64,000 bases of DNA. Source: Azolla caroliniana (taxonomy: Eukaryota > Plantae > Polypodiophyta). The first letter of the stretch is position 1. Every line of letters starts with the position of its first letter. The stretch lies in the NCBI GenBank assembly GCA_043228905.1, contig JBHGNT010000018.1, forward strand, positions 2,418,001-2,482,000. The letters run 5' to 3'. A model generated the notes under the pieces. It was given only the letters and a program-made list of their open reading frames with translations. It searched no databases and was not told where the DNA came from. Shown here piece after piece: positions 53,527 to 64,000 of this stretch. The position numbers and the translations under genes are program-made.

Positions 53527-54591
53527 TTAACTTTCCCCTCTCTCTAAAGCTTGTAATCTCTGCTCTAAACACTTCACATATTGCACTGCTCTACTTAAGA
53601 CTGTCTCTGTATCCAAATCATTTCCACCTGGAATCACATTTTTCAAGAGTCGAATATTAGCCTTTATCTTAACCCTCTTTGTTGGATCTAATGGTTCTCT
53701 AAATATCCCAGAGCTTTCGCTCGATGATGAGTAATCATTCATCCCCATACAAACTTGCTCGAGAATGTTCACCGATGGGTCCTTTCTAGACAGTTGCCTT
53801 TTCAAACAGACTTTCCTTTTTAAACCCCAAATATTCGAATTTCGAGAATCCTTGTTGATAAAATCTGCTTTTCCAAGCCCGACACTAGCATCACCTTCCT
53901 CCTCCAAAGCGACGATTTGGAACTTCCTCTTTCTTATACCATCATTTTTCTCAGCCTCATAAAGACAGTTTGAAGATGCATCGTCCTCGGGTGAATGACC
54001 TGTACTATTTAGTTCCTCATCCGAGCTTAAAAGTGCATCTATCTCTTCTGTGTCTTCATGAAACTCACTCTGTATCTCAAGTCTATTTCCAGACCATATC
54101 TGTTCACACTGGGGAAGGCCATCACATGATGAGAAATCAACATTGTTACTTTTACCCTTGCTTTCAGGATTGCAAATACAGAAAATGTCAGATTTCTCTT
54201 TGTCCAATGTGAAAGCAAGGGTTTGCATAGTGGCACCATAATCAAGCAGTGATCCCTTCGGACACAAATTGATTGGGAAATTGATGTTTGCAGTAGCTTC
54301 TATCGTTTTCACATTAAAATCATGAGGTGATTCACATGACAAACTAGTCAACCACGATGGGTTGAGTATAACTGTGTTTTGTCTTTCTGTATGATCAAAT
54401 ATGGCAAACCCTTTGTGGCATGCATCAGATGTTTGCATATGAAAATTCCCAAAGCTTGGGACAGGTGTATTCAATATATGGATATTATTGGCTTTATAAC
54501 TCTCAACCTGAGGTGGGAATGAAGATACAAACGTACCGGAATCCAATATTCGGTGATGTGCAAAGGTACATTTTTTTGGCAATTTATTCAT
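53527..54591 (-). CDS. SACL: SAC51/SACL-family bHLH transcription factor (bHLH142-145-like), intronless main ORF
   Basis: Family motifs SEFHEDTEEIDALLSSDEE..STGHSP, FAIFDHT and the atypical C-terminal HLH KIKANIRLLKNVIPGG..DTETVLSRAVQYVKCL. The family-specific uORF upstream supports the call. Confidence 0.9.
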   Translation of the reverse strand: MNKLPKKCTFAHHRILDSGTFVSSFPPQVESYKANNIHILNTPVPSFGNFHMQTSDACHKGFAIFDHTERQNTVILNPSWLTSLSCESPHDFNVKTIEATANINFPINLCPKGSLLDYGATMQTLAFTLDKEKSDIFCICNPESKGKSNNVDFSSCDGLPQCEQIWSGNRLEIQSEFHEDTEEIDALLSSDEELNSTGHSPEDDASSNCLYEAEKNDGIRKRKFQIVALEEEGDASVGLGKADFINKDSRNSNIWGLKRKVCLKRQLSRKDPSVNILEQVCMGMNDYSSSSESSGIFREPLDPTKRVKIKANIRLLKNVIPGGNDLDTETVLSRAVQYVKCLEQRLQALERGES

Positions 54592-54979
54592 GTTGTCCAG
54601 CCTCTTAGACGTACTCTTTGATGTTCAACAATGATCCTAGTGAAGATCTTGGACACGGTCTTTCCTTTTTAGATACAATTCCGCTATCTTTTTCCCGAAT
54701 GACCTTCCCAAAAAGGCTGCTCTTAATGAGAAAAGCAATAAGAATATGTGAATGGTATGAGTGTCGAATTCATGATATGGAACTTCAAGAATAGGATGTA
54801 TGAGCACTAATGCCTTTGGCATCAAAATGGCAAGAATAGATGCACAGCAAGGGCTAGGAGAACCAATGGGTCTTTCTCAAATAGTCATCAAGAGCTAGAA
54901 TATCCGAAGCATATGAACAGTGCCCCATCACAAAATAAATTTGATGATATACTGCCAATAGCACTAAAAAATTCACAAT

Positions 54980-57158
54980 CTACGTAATGGGCTTGAGAAG
55001 CTGACGAAAGTACTCTGCCTGCACCAGAGAAAGAAAAATTAATCATATGATAGAAGTGAGAACTTGATCTCTCTCTCTCTCTCTCCCATATACAGATAGC
55101 AGGATTCTTTCGCCACTTCTATTTTTATTTACTTTTTGTGTAATTAAATTTATTTTTGTTTGTTGTTCTCAAATACAAGACAATGTTTTAAATGTAATCT
55201 CTTGTTTGGGCTTAATGGCCACTTTGGCCTCTTAAAGGATGTTAATACATCTTTCTTTCTCCCCCCCTCCCTTGTATAACCTTCTCATATATCACACTTC
55301 ATCCAAGCATCAAGATCTCAGATAGATCCATCCTATCTGCATCACACTTCACAGGGTAAATCCTATGTATTTCCATGTACTTTTTATTTTCTTCCCTCAA
55401 CAATTGAACATTGTTCTTATGATTTGTCTCAGATGATCGTGAACTCAAATAAGTCATTTTAACTGAATCTTCTTTTCTTTCCCATTGGTACTATAGATGA
55501 GACAAAATTTTCAGTTGCGACTCTTGCCGAGTCCCATGGTTCATTTATTTCCTCAAGCATCTTATGGAAACTAGGAAAAAACCAAACATTCTCTTCTCAT
55601 AGCTTTCTAAAACCTCCTCCCTTGTCGTTGCACAACAAAATGGAGTTGCCATATCCTTGATTACTTTTAATTTTCTTTAATCCTCAAGGGAAGGTGAAAT
55701 AACCTCACCATTCTATTTTTTCCTCAAGTAGCTTCTTCCTGCAATTTCTTCTCCATATTTTTCTTCTACTGCTACACTTGGTTAGGTTCATTGTCAATTT
55801 TAGTCTTTTTGGTAGATTTCACACTAGACATAGCTGTTACTTATTTTGATTGTATCTGTCATCCTACAGGTTGATAGTCGTGCCTATGGTGACTACGTTC
55901 TCTGGGACCATCATCTACATCTTGTGTACCCACATGAAGTTTAATGGAATATTATAATTTGCATGTGATAGATTATGCAAATTATAATATTCCATCTTCT
56001 TAGCACTAGATGAAGTATTAGCTTCATCTAGTGCTAAGAAGTGGATGATGATGCTGATGGTGGAAAATATCATATTTACAACATTTATTACCATCATCAT
56101 AATCTACATATAGTAGATCCACATGAATTTTACATGGACAATTATATTTTTCGGGTGATAGATCAAGCAAACAAAGTAACAGCTATGTTCGGGACTTAGT
56201 CCTGCAGAAAAGACTAAAGATGATAAAAGATCTACATGAGCTACATGCCTGGATCAATGCGTCAACACTATCACAACATGGAAAAGATATTACAAGCATC
56301 CATTGTGTGGAGAATAAAATTAACTTCAGGGGTCATTAAAACCTTTGATGAATGGTCAAAGAAAAGATAAGTAAATAATGACAACATAATAACATGGCAA
56401 CTCCATATATTTCTGCTATATGTATAGAGCCTTCAGAAACTTATGTAAAGAGAAAATTCCATTATTTCCTGGTTTTCAGAATATGGTCTCAACTCTCTTT
56501 CTCTTTGCTATACCTAAACCATAAAATCCAACCACATTTCTTTCTTACATTTGATATACGCTTAATCCTAACCTACTGCTCTCACGGACATGACACTCTC
56601 TCTCAATCACAACCCATTAATCTCATTGATGAGAGAACATTTTCAGTTGTATACCTTCTATTAGATCTCACAGGTAATTTGCGCCTTTAAAGAGACGTAA
56701 ATACATCTTTCTTTCTTTTTGCAAAACCCTAAACCCTAAATGTCACCAAATTTGGATTTCAGTTGTATACCATGATATAGCATCTCATGGACCATTTCAG
56801 TTGTGTATCACCACTTGTTGAGCCTCAGGGGCCATTTAGGCCTCTAAGAGACATTGATACATCTTTCTTACACTTTGCTAAACCCAAAATGTAGCCAAAT
56901 TCAATTTTTGGTACATCTCAGTGGTGGGCTTCATGGGTTGTAGGGGCTTTTAAGAGACATTAATACAGCTTTCTTTCTCTTTGCTAAACCTTAAACCTAA
57001 AATCTCACCAAATTCGATTTTCCGGTTGTTACCTGACAATCTTCAAGTGGTTGAAAGCAAGCAATGATCCTCAATATCATGGCACCGTTTCCGGCAATAC
57101 TTCTTTCACTTGTTAAGAAGTCTTGAAATCTTGAGAAACTCGATGCTTGCCACACCAT
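54980..57158 (-). CDS. Conserved-peptide uORF of the SAC51 family, 54 aa, two exons (57158-57033 and 55018-54980)
   Basis: Spliced peptide is MVWQASSFSRFQDFLTSERSIAGNGAMILRIIACFQPLEDCQ|AEYFRQLLKPIT*, with a phase-0 GT-AG intron at 57032-55019. It matches the recalled Arabidopsis SAC51 uORF end (VRVIECYQPMDNCQAEYFRLLLKPVT). Confidence 0.93.
55205..55260 (+). mobile_element. Short copy of the RTE-X-like LINE 3' end
   Basis: GGCCACTTTGGCCTCTTAAAGGATGTTAATACATCTTTCTTTCT versus LINE end GGCCAAATTTGGCCTTAGAAGACGTTAATACATCTTTCTTTCT (51099-51141). Confidence 0.75.
56637..57032 (+). repeat. Three diverged tandem units, each a LINE-3'-end motif plus an AAACCCTAAA-like intron segment
   Basis: AAGAGAC(G/A)T..ATACA(T/G)CTTTCTT recurs at ~56690, 56846 and 56952, each followed by TTTGC(A/T)AAACC...CCAAATT. 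Confidence 0.8.
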
Positions 57159-57246
57159 AACTTCCAATGATCTGTTATATTTAATCAATAGGCCCCCTGC
57201 TTATTTCTTCCTCCCACTGAGCTTATTGTGTGCTAAGATTAAGTTC

Positions 57247-57995
57247 CTGAAAACTCTAATGTTAAAAGGTTCCTAAAACACCCTAACCTTTAAAAAATGT
57301 TTAGAAAACCTAATCAGCAGTGTTAAGAAAACTTAAACTTAAAAAATGCCCCGGACGAAGATGAACTTCCAGGGGCATCTACAAACCGTAATCTGAATAA
57401 GTGTCAGGGAAAACCTCTAATGATAAGAAGCCCCGGGAAAAAATCCCTAACCTTAAGATTTTCATGGGAAACAGGCCAAATATTTCGAAATATTTAGAGA
57501 CCTTAACCATAAGAAACTGTCCGGTAAAACCATTAGCTTTGGGAAGTGTTTAGAAGTTTATGGAAACCTTAACCTTAAGAAGTATCAGGAAAATTAAAAA
57601 ACTAATATTGAGAAGTGCAAGTAAACCCTAATCTTAAAGGGTCTGAAAAGCCCTAAGCATGTGTAGCTGTAGACCCTACGGTTGAGTATCTGCAATCCTT
57701 AATCCTAAGGAGTACCAAGAAACCTTCATATTAGGAAGGAATTCAAATTGTAAAGGGGTCCCTTAATTTCATATAGACTATGGAACTATAAACTCTAATC
57801 TTACGTAGTTGTATACCCTAAACGTAAGCAATTGTAAAAGCTAAATTATGTGACAGGAAACCCTAAACTTGAATATATGGAAAAGAAGAGCTAAACTCAG
57901 AAAACAATAACAGAAAGATGAAACCCTTACCTGAGGGCACAGACACCCTAAACATATTTGAATATGTCTGTTTCATAAATAGTAAAACCCTAGTT
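57247..57995. repeat. Highly degenerate ~25-30-bp tandem repeat with telo-box-like core
   Basis: Recurrent AAACCCTAA / ACCTTAACCTTAAG / AAACTCTAAT cores separated by variable AAG..G segments. Confidence 0.6.
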
Positions 57996-58364
57996 TCCAA
58001 ACACATTTTCTGTTTCATACATGTTAGAAACTTGATTTTAATGATATGTGCCTCTATGTTACGATTGGACGAAATCTTCGATCACTCGGAAAAGGAGACA
58101 ATCTGTGAATATATATCTAAATACAGATGGATCAAGACATTAGAGTATCAGATAGAGATGGGGAGAGAGGGGCTTCTCCAATCTTCTTCTTGTTACAAGT
58201 ATCAGAAGAAATCAGAGAAAGGAGAAGAAAAAGATGAAAGACCATACATGATTCAAGATTTTTCTCGGCATGCTTATAAAAAAGGAAATCACTGATACAA
58301 AAGAAGAACAAGACGATGGATAAGGGTACATACATGATGGAAAAGCTTGGCAGAAACACATGAG

Positions 58365-58384
58365 CACATACATACATACATACA

Positions 58385-58419
<35 letters not shown>

Positions 58420-58503
58420 CTATGTATATGTGTGTGTGTGTGTATAATATATATACATATATATGTATATATATACACAGACAGACAGACAGACAAACAC
58501 CGT

Positions 58504-58540
<37 letters not shown>
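58365..58540. repeat. Compound microsatellite (ACAT)n/(TA)n/(TG)n/(ACAG)n/(AG)n
   Basis: Directly visible simple repeats. Confidence 0.95.
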
Positions 58541-58548
<8 letters not shown>

Positions 58549-59369
58549 GATACGTGAACGTGTGTTTTGAAGAGGATCAAAATCGGACTGCAACTTCCAG
58601 GCTTTCCAAGGATCTCCATCACCAGCTTCTCTGTCACTCTGCCTCTGTCTCTCTGTTTCTCTGTTTCTTTAGCTCTCACTTTCAATGTATGTATGTACAT
58701 ATGTATATGTATATGTATGTATATAAATGCATGTGTGTATCAATGAATACATACACACACATATATGTATATAATTTATAAATAAATAAATCTATATATA
58801 ATACTTTATTTATATATTTATTTATTTATTTAGAGAGAGAGGGAGAGAAAAGGAGAAAGAGAGAGTTCCCAAAGGAAAGGAAAGCAGGTGATAAAGAGAA
58901 AGATAGGCCCGGCTGATAAAGAGGGAGATAGGCCGGAGATAGGCCCACTCTAGGGCAAGAGAGTGACCCAATCGTAGTTGTTTTCCCTGACCGCCATCGT
59001 CATCTTTTCCCGGAAGCTTCCAGAAACGACACATCAAGACGGGCCATGTATGAAAATGCCGCGTGAGTAGAGCCCAAGCGTTTCCATAAACCTTGTCTGG
59101 ATCCCTAACCAAAGAGTTCACTGTATGTCGCTCCTTTGTTTCGTAAAACAAACCAAGCGGACCAATAAAAGAAACGGCAAAATCTTGGCATGTGTACTTA
59201 TGTTCCTTTTATTGATTCCACGCCCCGGTAGCACAGTTTGGCACATTTGCTTCTCTTTCCACAGCTTTTGCATGCACATTTGCCCTACCTTTGTCTCTAA
59301 CCAATGTGAAGAGACCCCCTTATTTGCCACTTCACTTGTGCTTGACTATGGACAATCCGAGGAAGCTAT

Positions 59370-59930
59370 GTTGGAACGAGGGATGGTGCATTCATATCTT
59401 ATGCCATGTGATTTGAACCATTATCACATTTCATCATACGAACTGCGGTTATCTCCATGTTTTGTCGGTTGTCTTGATTACCATAGGCGCTAGCCCCCAA
59501 TATTGTTGCTTTGGGAACTCCCAAAATTGTGTCCCAATGAGTATCAAAGCTTCTAAATTTATACGAAAGGGCATCGACAAATTTGCTCCGAATGATGTGT
59601 GCAATAAGGTATTGCTCCAGTTTTGTGTCTTATGAATTCTCCTTCCCTGAGTTTCTAACCTTGCAGGGAAGAGTCATTGATATAAATGCATCAAAACACC
59701 ACAATCTTGTTTGTGGTTCTTGAAACTATATATTTTGCATATTGTCTTTAAAGAGCGCTAATGGCAACATATCCATGAGAAGGGCAAGTGTATACAACCT
59801 CATATACGGAGAACCAAGCCACAATGGATGTTACTCATAGACCTTTGAGAGTAGGCATCCTTGTTTCACTCCAATTGTGATAGCGAGAAGTTGTAGCAAT
59901 CCATTAGGATCACTCATTTTTCTTGACATT
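59370..59930 (-). mobile_element. Old, internally deleted RTE-X-like LINE fragment
   Basis: Minus strand gives ITIGVKQGCLLS, SHGYVAISAL*RQ, FQEPQTRLWCFDAF and SSYDEM**WFKSHGI, colinear with STIGVKQGCPLS, RGHASLSLLERQ, FQEPRTKGWLFDSL and SSWYDMMVTWLLANGL of the intact element. Confidence 0.75.
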
Positions 59931-60880
59931 AGCTGCTTCGTGCATTGCCAACCCCCCCCCCCCCCCCCCCCCCAAACATCAATAGCTTATCCTTTATGGT
60001 CTCAACAAGGGCTTAAAGGGTACATTTGTCACCATTGGCACATTTTAAAATTTGTGCCATTGCTATGTGTATTTTGGTTTTGCAAGGAATCATGTTTTAC
60101 ACCAATAAGAGAGAAGAGGAGGGAATATAAGCACTAATAGAGGAAGGAATAAAACATATTTACACCCTATGTATTTCAAAGTAAACTAAACAAGAGATAT
60201 ATAAAGAGATAGACTTGAGGCACCACATCCTGAGCTAAGCAATTCTGACAAATAATACTTTAATTTGATGACGACAATAGTGAAGATTAAGGTAAGGGCA
60301 AACACCCAAGTACCACCTAACTTCATAACTATTCAACAATGTGCCCAACATTTTATATTTACTATAATGCCCCCTATCATTCATCATTGAGCCTATTAAA
60401 CTAATCTAAGCAAACTTAGCCTTAATCAAAGAGAGATAAACAAGAGTTGTTCAAACAAATTATGTAGATTTGGTCTTATAGTGCAAAAATTAGAGTGATG
60501 TTAAATGAATAGGAATTGGTCGAATTATATAGTAACAATACCTACTTAAAAATAGGGGGATATATTTGATAGTTTTGAAAAACATAGGGGTGTTGTAGTA
60601 ATTTTCAGATTATTGTAAGGGAATTCTAGACTTGAAAAAAACATGTTTATATTGTGTAATAGTTGAAAAGTCATGTGTATATGTATGTGTATGGTAGGGA
60701 TTTTATTGTCGTTTTATTTCCTGTTTATTTCTTCACGACCATATTTTGATCTATCTCGAAATATTGCACCTACCTATTGCATTCATTTGATTGTACATTG
60801 TTTAGAAATTTTAAGTTCATATTTTTAAAGTTTCTCCTCGTATCTATGCACAACTATTGTTTGCTACTTAGAATAAAACG

Positions 60881-61348
60881 TAAGCTCCCGATCAATTGAT
60901 GATATTAGGTCGGCTTGCACTTGTTTGTGACGGAGTCAGCATCTAGTTTGAAGTTTCGATCGAGAGGCGTAGCAACTGATTTGCACTCAGTCATCCGGAA
61001 CTTGTATAACAAGTTGAGAATGTAGTGCCGTCGAGAGATCATAATGCTGACTGAAATATGAATTACTTTGATGCCAAGGAAGTAATGGAGCTCCTTCATG
61101 TCCGTCATCTCGAATTTTCTGGAGAGGAGGGACTTGACCTTGTTGATGTCGACTAGACTTTCACCTCAATGACCAGATCATCCACGTATAGGATGATGAC
61201 AATTAGGCTTCTAGAGTCGTGTCGTACGTAGAGGGAGTTGTCGGATTTCGACATTCAAAATCCGATTTGATGAAGTTATTGCGTAATCATCTATCTCACG
61301 ATCACCCGACCTTAGCTATCCAATCGGACTCCTCAGTCAATTCATGCG
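60881..61348 (-). mobile_element. Ty1/copia reverse-transcriptase remnant with an internal inversion
   Basis: Minus strand 61288-60881: SKSDNSLYVR...IILYVDDLV...FEMTDMKELHYFLGI...KSVATPL...YHQLIGSL. The continuation IYLTITR..LSYPIGLLSQFM is on the plus strand at 61289-61348. Confidence 0.88.
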
Positions 61349-61349
61349 C

Positions 61350-61706
61350 TCCGAACCACGAAACCGTTATACCGAACCGATAATTTTTTCCAAACTGTTA
61401 AACCATTAAACCGCGGTTTCAGTTTTCAACATAGGTCAAAATTTTAATTTTTTAAAATTTATAATATTTCATTAATTAAAATTTTTAAGATGTTCCTAAA
61501 ATGTGAGAATAAGGTCTAAAAATAAAAAGATTGTTTAAAAACAAATTATTATTAAAAAAAAAAAAAACCGTTAAACCGCGGTTTCTGGCTGTTAAAACCT
61601 AACTGAAACCAAATCGAACCATTTTAAATAACCTAAACCTGAACCGAACCATTGAAACCGTTAAGTCGCGGTTTCACGGTTCGGTTCAAAACGAACCGTT
61701 GCCGAT
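61350..61706. mobile_element. Non-autonomous hAT/MITE-like element
   Basis: Dense AACCG/CGGTT subterminal motifs and AAACCGCGGTTT palindromes flank an AT-rich core. Confidence 0.55.
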
Positions 61707-63143
61707 TGTTAATGATAACATTAATGCATTCATTACATGTAATACCCTTGTTTCCTTATGACTGCAAGAGGATGTGTATCCTTCCTCTATTTACAAAATT
61801 CCACATAAGTCTTAGTCACACACAACAAAAACGATGGGATTGTTTTAACACAGAAATGTTTTGTTTAATCATGAACTTTTAAAATCTTGAAACCAAGTCA
61901 GGAGTGTAAAGTTGTGCGCAAACTTTCGGCGATCGTGATGGATGAATTATTGTTTTTTCTTTTAATCCTTGTAATCAATCCCCTTAACGAGTTGGAAATT
62001 CTCTAGTCACAAATCGTTTTTATTCTTGGCAAACCTTTTAATTTGGACAATAGCTTATTGATTCTTGTTTTCCTTAGACAATGATAAATTGCCACACCAA
62101 GCTTCTTTCTCATTTGGATTATAGGTTTGGACCTAACCTAAGATTGAAATCTAATTGCTATTCATCTATGCTTAAACTTTCCAACTTTTAATATTAATCT
62201 TGTTGATTTAAAGACGGTTAGTCGTTATTCAAATCCTAACGATTTTCCCCAAGAGATTCAAACTCGAACTGAAGTGGACTATTTATTGATTTTTTTGATC
62301 TATTCATCAATAATTGTATCAACATCAAGCTTTTTCTAGGAACACTCAACACCATTGGCGCCTTTAGCCCTTTTCCGTGCATGCTTCTTTCAATTGTTTT
62401 TATATTCCTTTAGATTTCATCGTCAATGGCTTATTTTCAAGCATTTTCTTTTATTTATAATCTGAAACCTCGATGTTGAAGCTCCAAAAGTTGACTTTTT
62501 TATTGTGTATGTTCGATGTGTGTACGATCCACTAGTAATATCATGCATTGCTACAAGATTTGTCTCTAGATGGAAGGTTGTGTCGGAGACAAGATCCTTT
62601 TCCCCGCTCTTTTGTCGATGATTTCTTGACTTTCCACCTCGACTCTTTTTTATACTCAACTAATAATTGAGCTAGATATTTTATCGTTAATAGTTTCAGA
62701 GAATTATTGTGGGCTAAGCCAACGTGCATCTAACCACTATTGACATCAGTTGTTGCATCCTTGTTTCTCACAATGATGGTAGGATTTGGATCCCCTCCAC
62801 ATGTAAAAAGGATTGCAATATATAAGCCTTCACCATTCTGGACAAGGTGCTCATTTCCTTGATGCTGCACGGTTATGTAATGCTTTTACACACCATCCAT
62901 CTAACAAAAGTGAAACAATCATGGAAAGTATCCTTTATCTCATGGGATAAAGGTATGTTTTTTTCTACATACCACAACAAAGGGACCCATGAATTGGTAC
63001 AATTGTAGAGTGGTCTATATCCTCTCCTTGGTTACCTCCTTGCACATTACATATAGACAAATACACAATTGCATGCAATGTGCGCATTTGTGGATTTAAA
63101 AATAAGTAGGCATGCTTTACACAATGTTTTAAAGAGCTTTGCA

Positions 63144-63179
<36 letters not shown>

Positions 63180-64000
63180 ACAAATACACACATGATCTTA
63201 GACTAAAGAAATCAATAAATAATTAACATGCTTTCTCCTTTATCTCTACCTTAACAACTTTTTACTTTCAAGGCATGGTCCACAAATAACAAAGGTAGAA
63301 ATGTATTTACAATGACATCGTGTTTTTATTGTTGTGATGCCAATAACTTGTGAAACTAATCACATGGAAGGTATATTTTCCCTCATGCGCCCAACATAAA
63401 AGTGTTCAGTTATGCATTGTCGTACAATTCATAGAGGATAATGTGCCAACTACTATTAGAACAGAAAATGTGAGCCTCGACTTTAGTCTCGGATATTTTG
63501 GTCCTCTCAAAATTGACATGGGAATACTCGAACGATACGTTAAAGTGTTATGGAAGAGATCTTATAACTTCATCTTTCCTTTGTGTAGAATAACAATGCT
63601 TTCTTAAAAATCAGGATTCAACTTTTCACATGTTAGTTATCTCAAGAAATTGAATGTTTGTTTGGATGATATAGTGGATAAACAATGTTGTTGATCCATT
63701 TAAGGATTTTATGTTTGCGTGCATGAAACTAATTGTTGGTGATCCTCATTATGATTTATTCTCCCTTGAGGTTCTCATAAAAAGGCATGCTTGATGCTTT
63801 GAAGTATGGATCTCCCTTTTTAGGAAGGAGACACGCATCAAGAAAACTTGTGTACTTAGGTCCGGTGGGTCAATATTGGCCTCTCTATGGACGCTAAAAT
63901 AATTATCTATTTATCATTGGAGTAGGAGGTTTTCTCAAGTCTCACCAACTATAGCCTCCTTGATATGCCTAAAGACTTTCCAAGAAATATTCGTCGTGGA

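Noticed and set aside
57247-57995. Repeat-spacer array or interstitial telomere
   Set aside because: Cores are short and variable, and there is no contiguous (TTTAGGG)n tract.
58132-58781. Several 65-162 aa ORFs
   Set aside because: Driven by microsatellites. The region is probably the SACL leader and introns.

Overview
AT-rich, intron-containing land-plant nuclear DNA with many microsatellites. A seed-free vascular plant such as a fern is plausible but cannot be shown from this window. Eight host protein genes can be reconstructed by joining exons: the 3' part of an At4g35850-like mitochondrial PPR gene (+), organellar methionine aminopeptidase MAP1D (+), a TMEM135/At5g51150-like membrane protein (-), DDB2 (-), intronless RPL27a/uL15 (+), OTU2-type deubiquitinase (+), taxilin (-) and a SAC51/SACL bHLH (-). 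There is also one tRNA-Leu(UAG). The most notable hidden feature is a 54-aa SAC51-family conserved-peptide uORF (thermospermine-responsive in Arabidopsis), which the ORF track only partly shows because a 2-kb intron splits it. Mobile DNA includes a nearly intact RTE-X-like LINE joined head-to-head to an L1-type fragment, two older fragments of the same RTE-X-like family, four short copies of that LINE's 3' hairpin/tail inside the uORF intron, and an internally inverted copia RT remnant. There is a 9 x 89-bp minisatellite and many short local tandem duplications. Gene identities come from recalled homology, not from a database search. There is no CRISPR or prokaryotic system.
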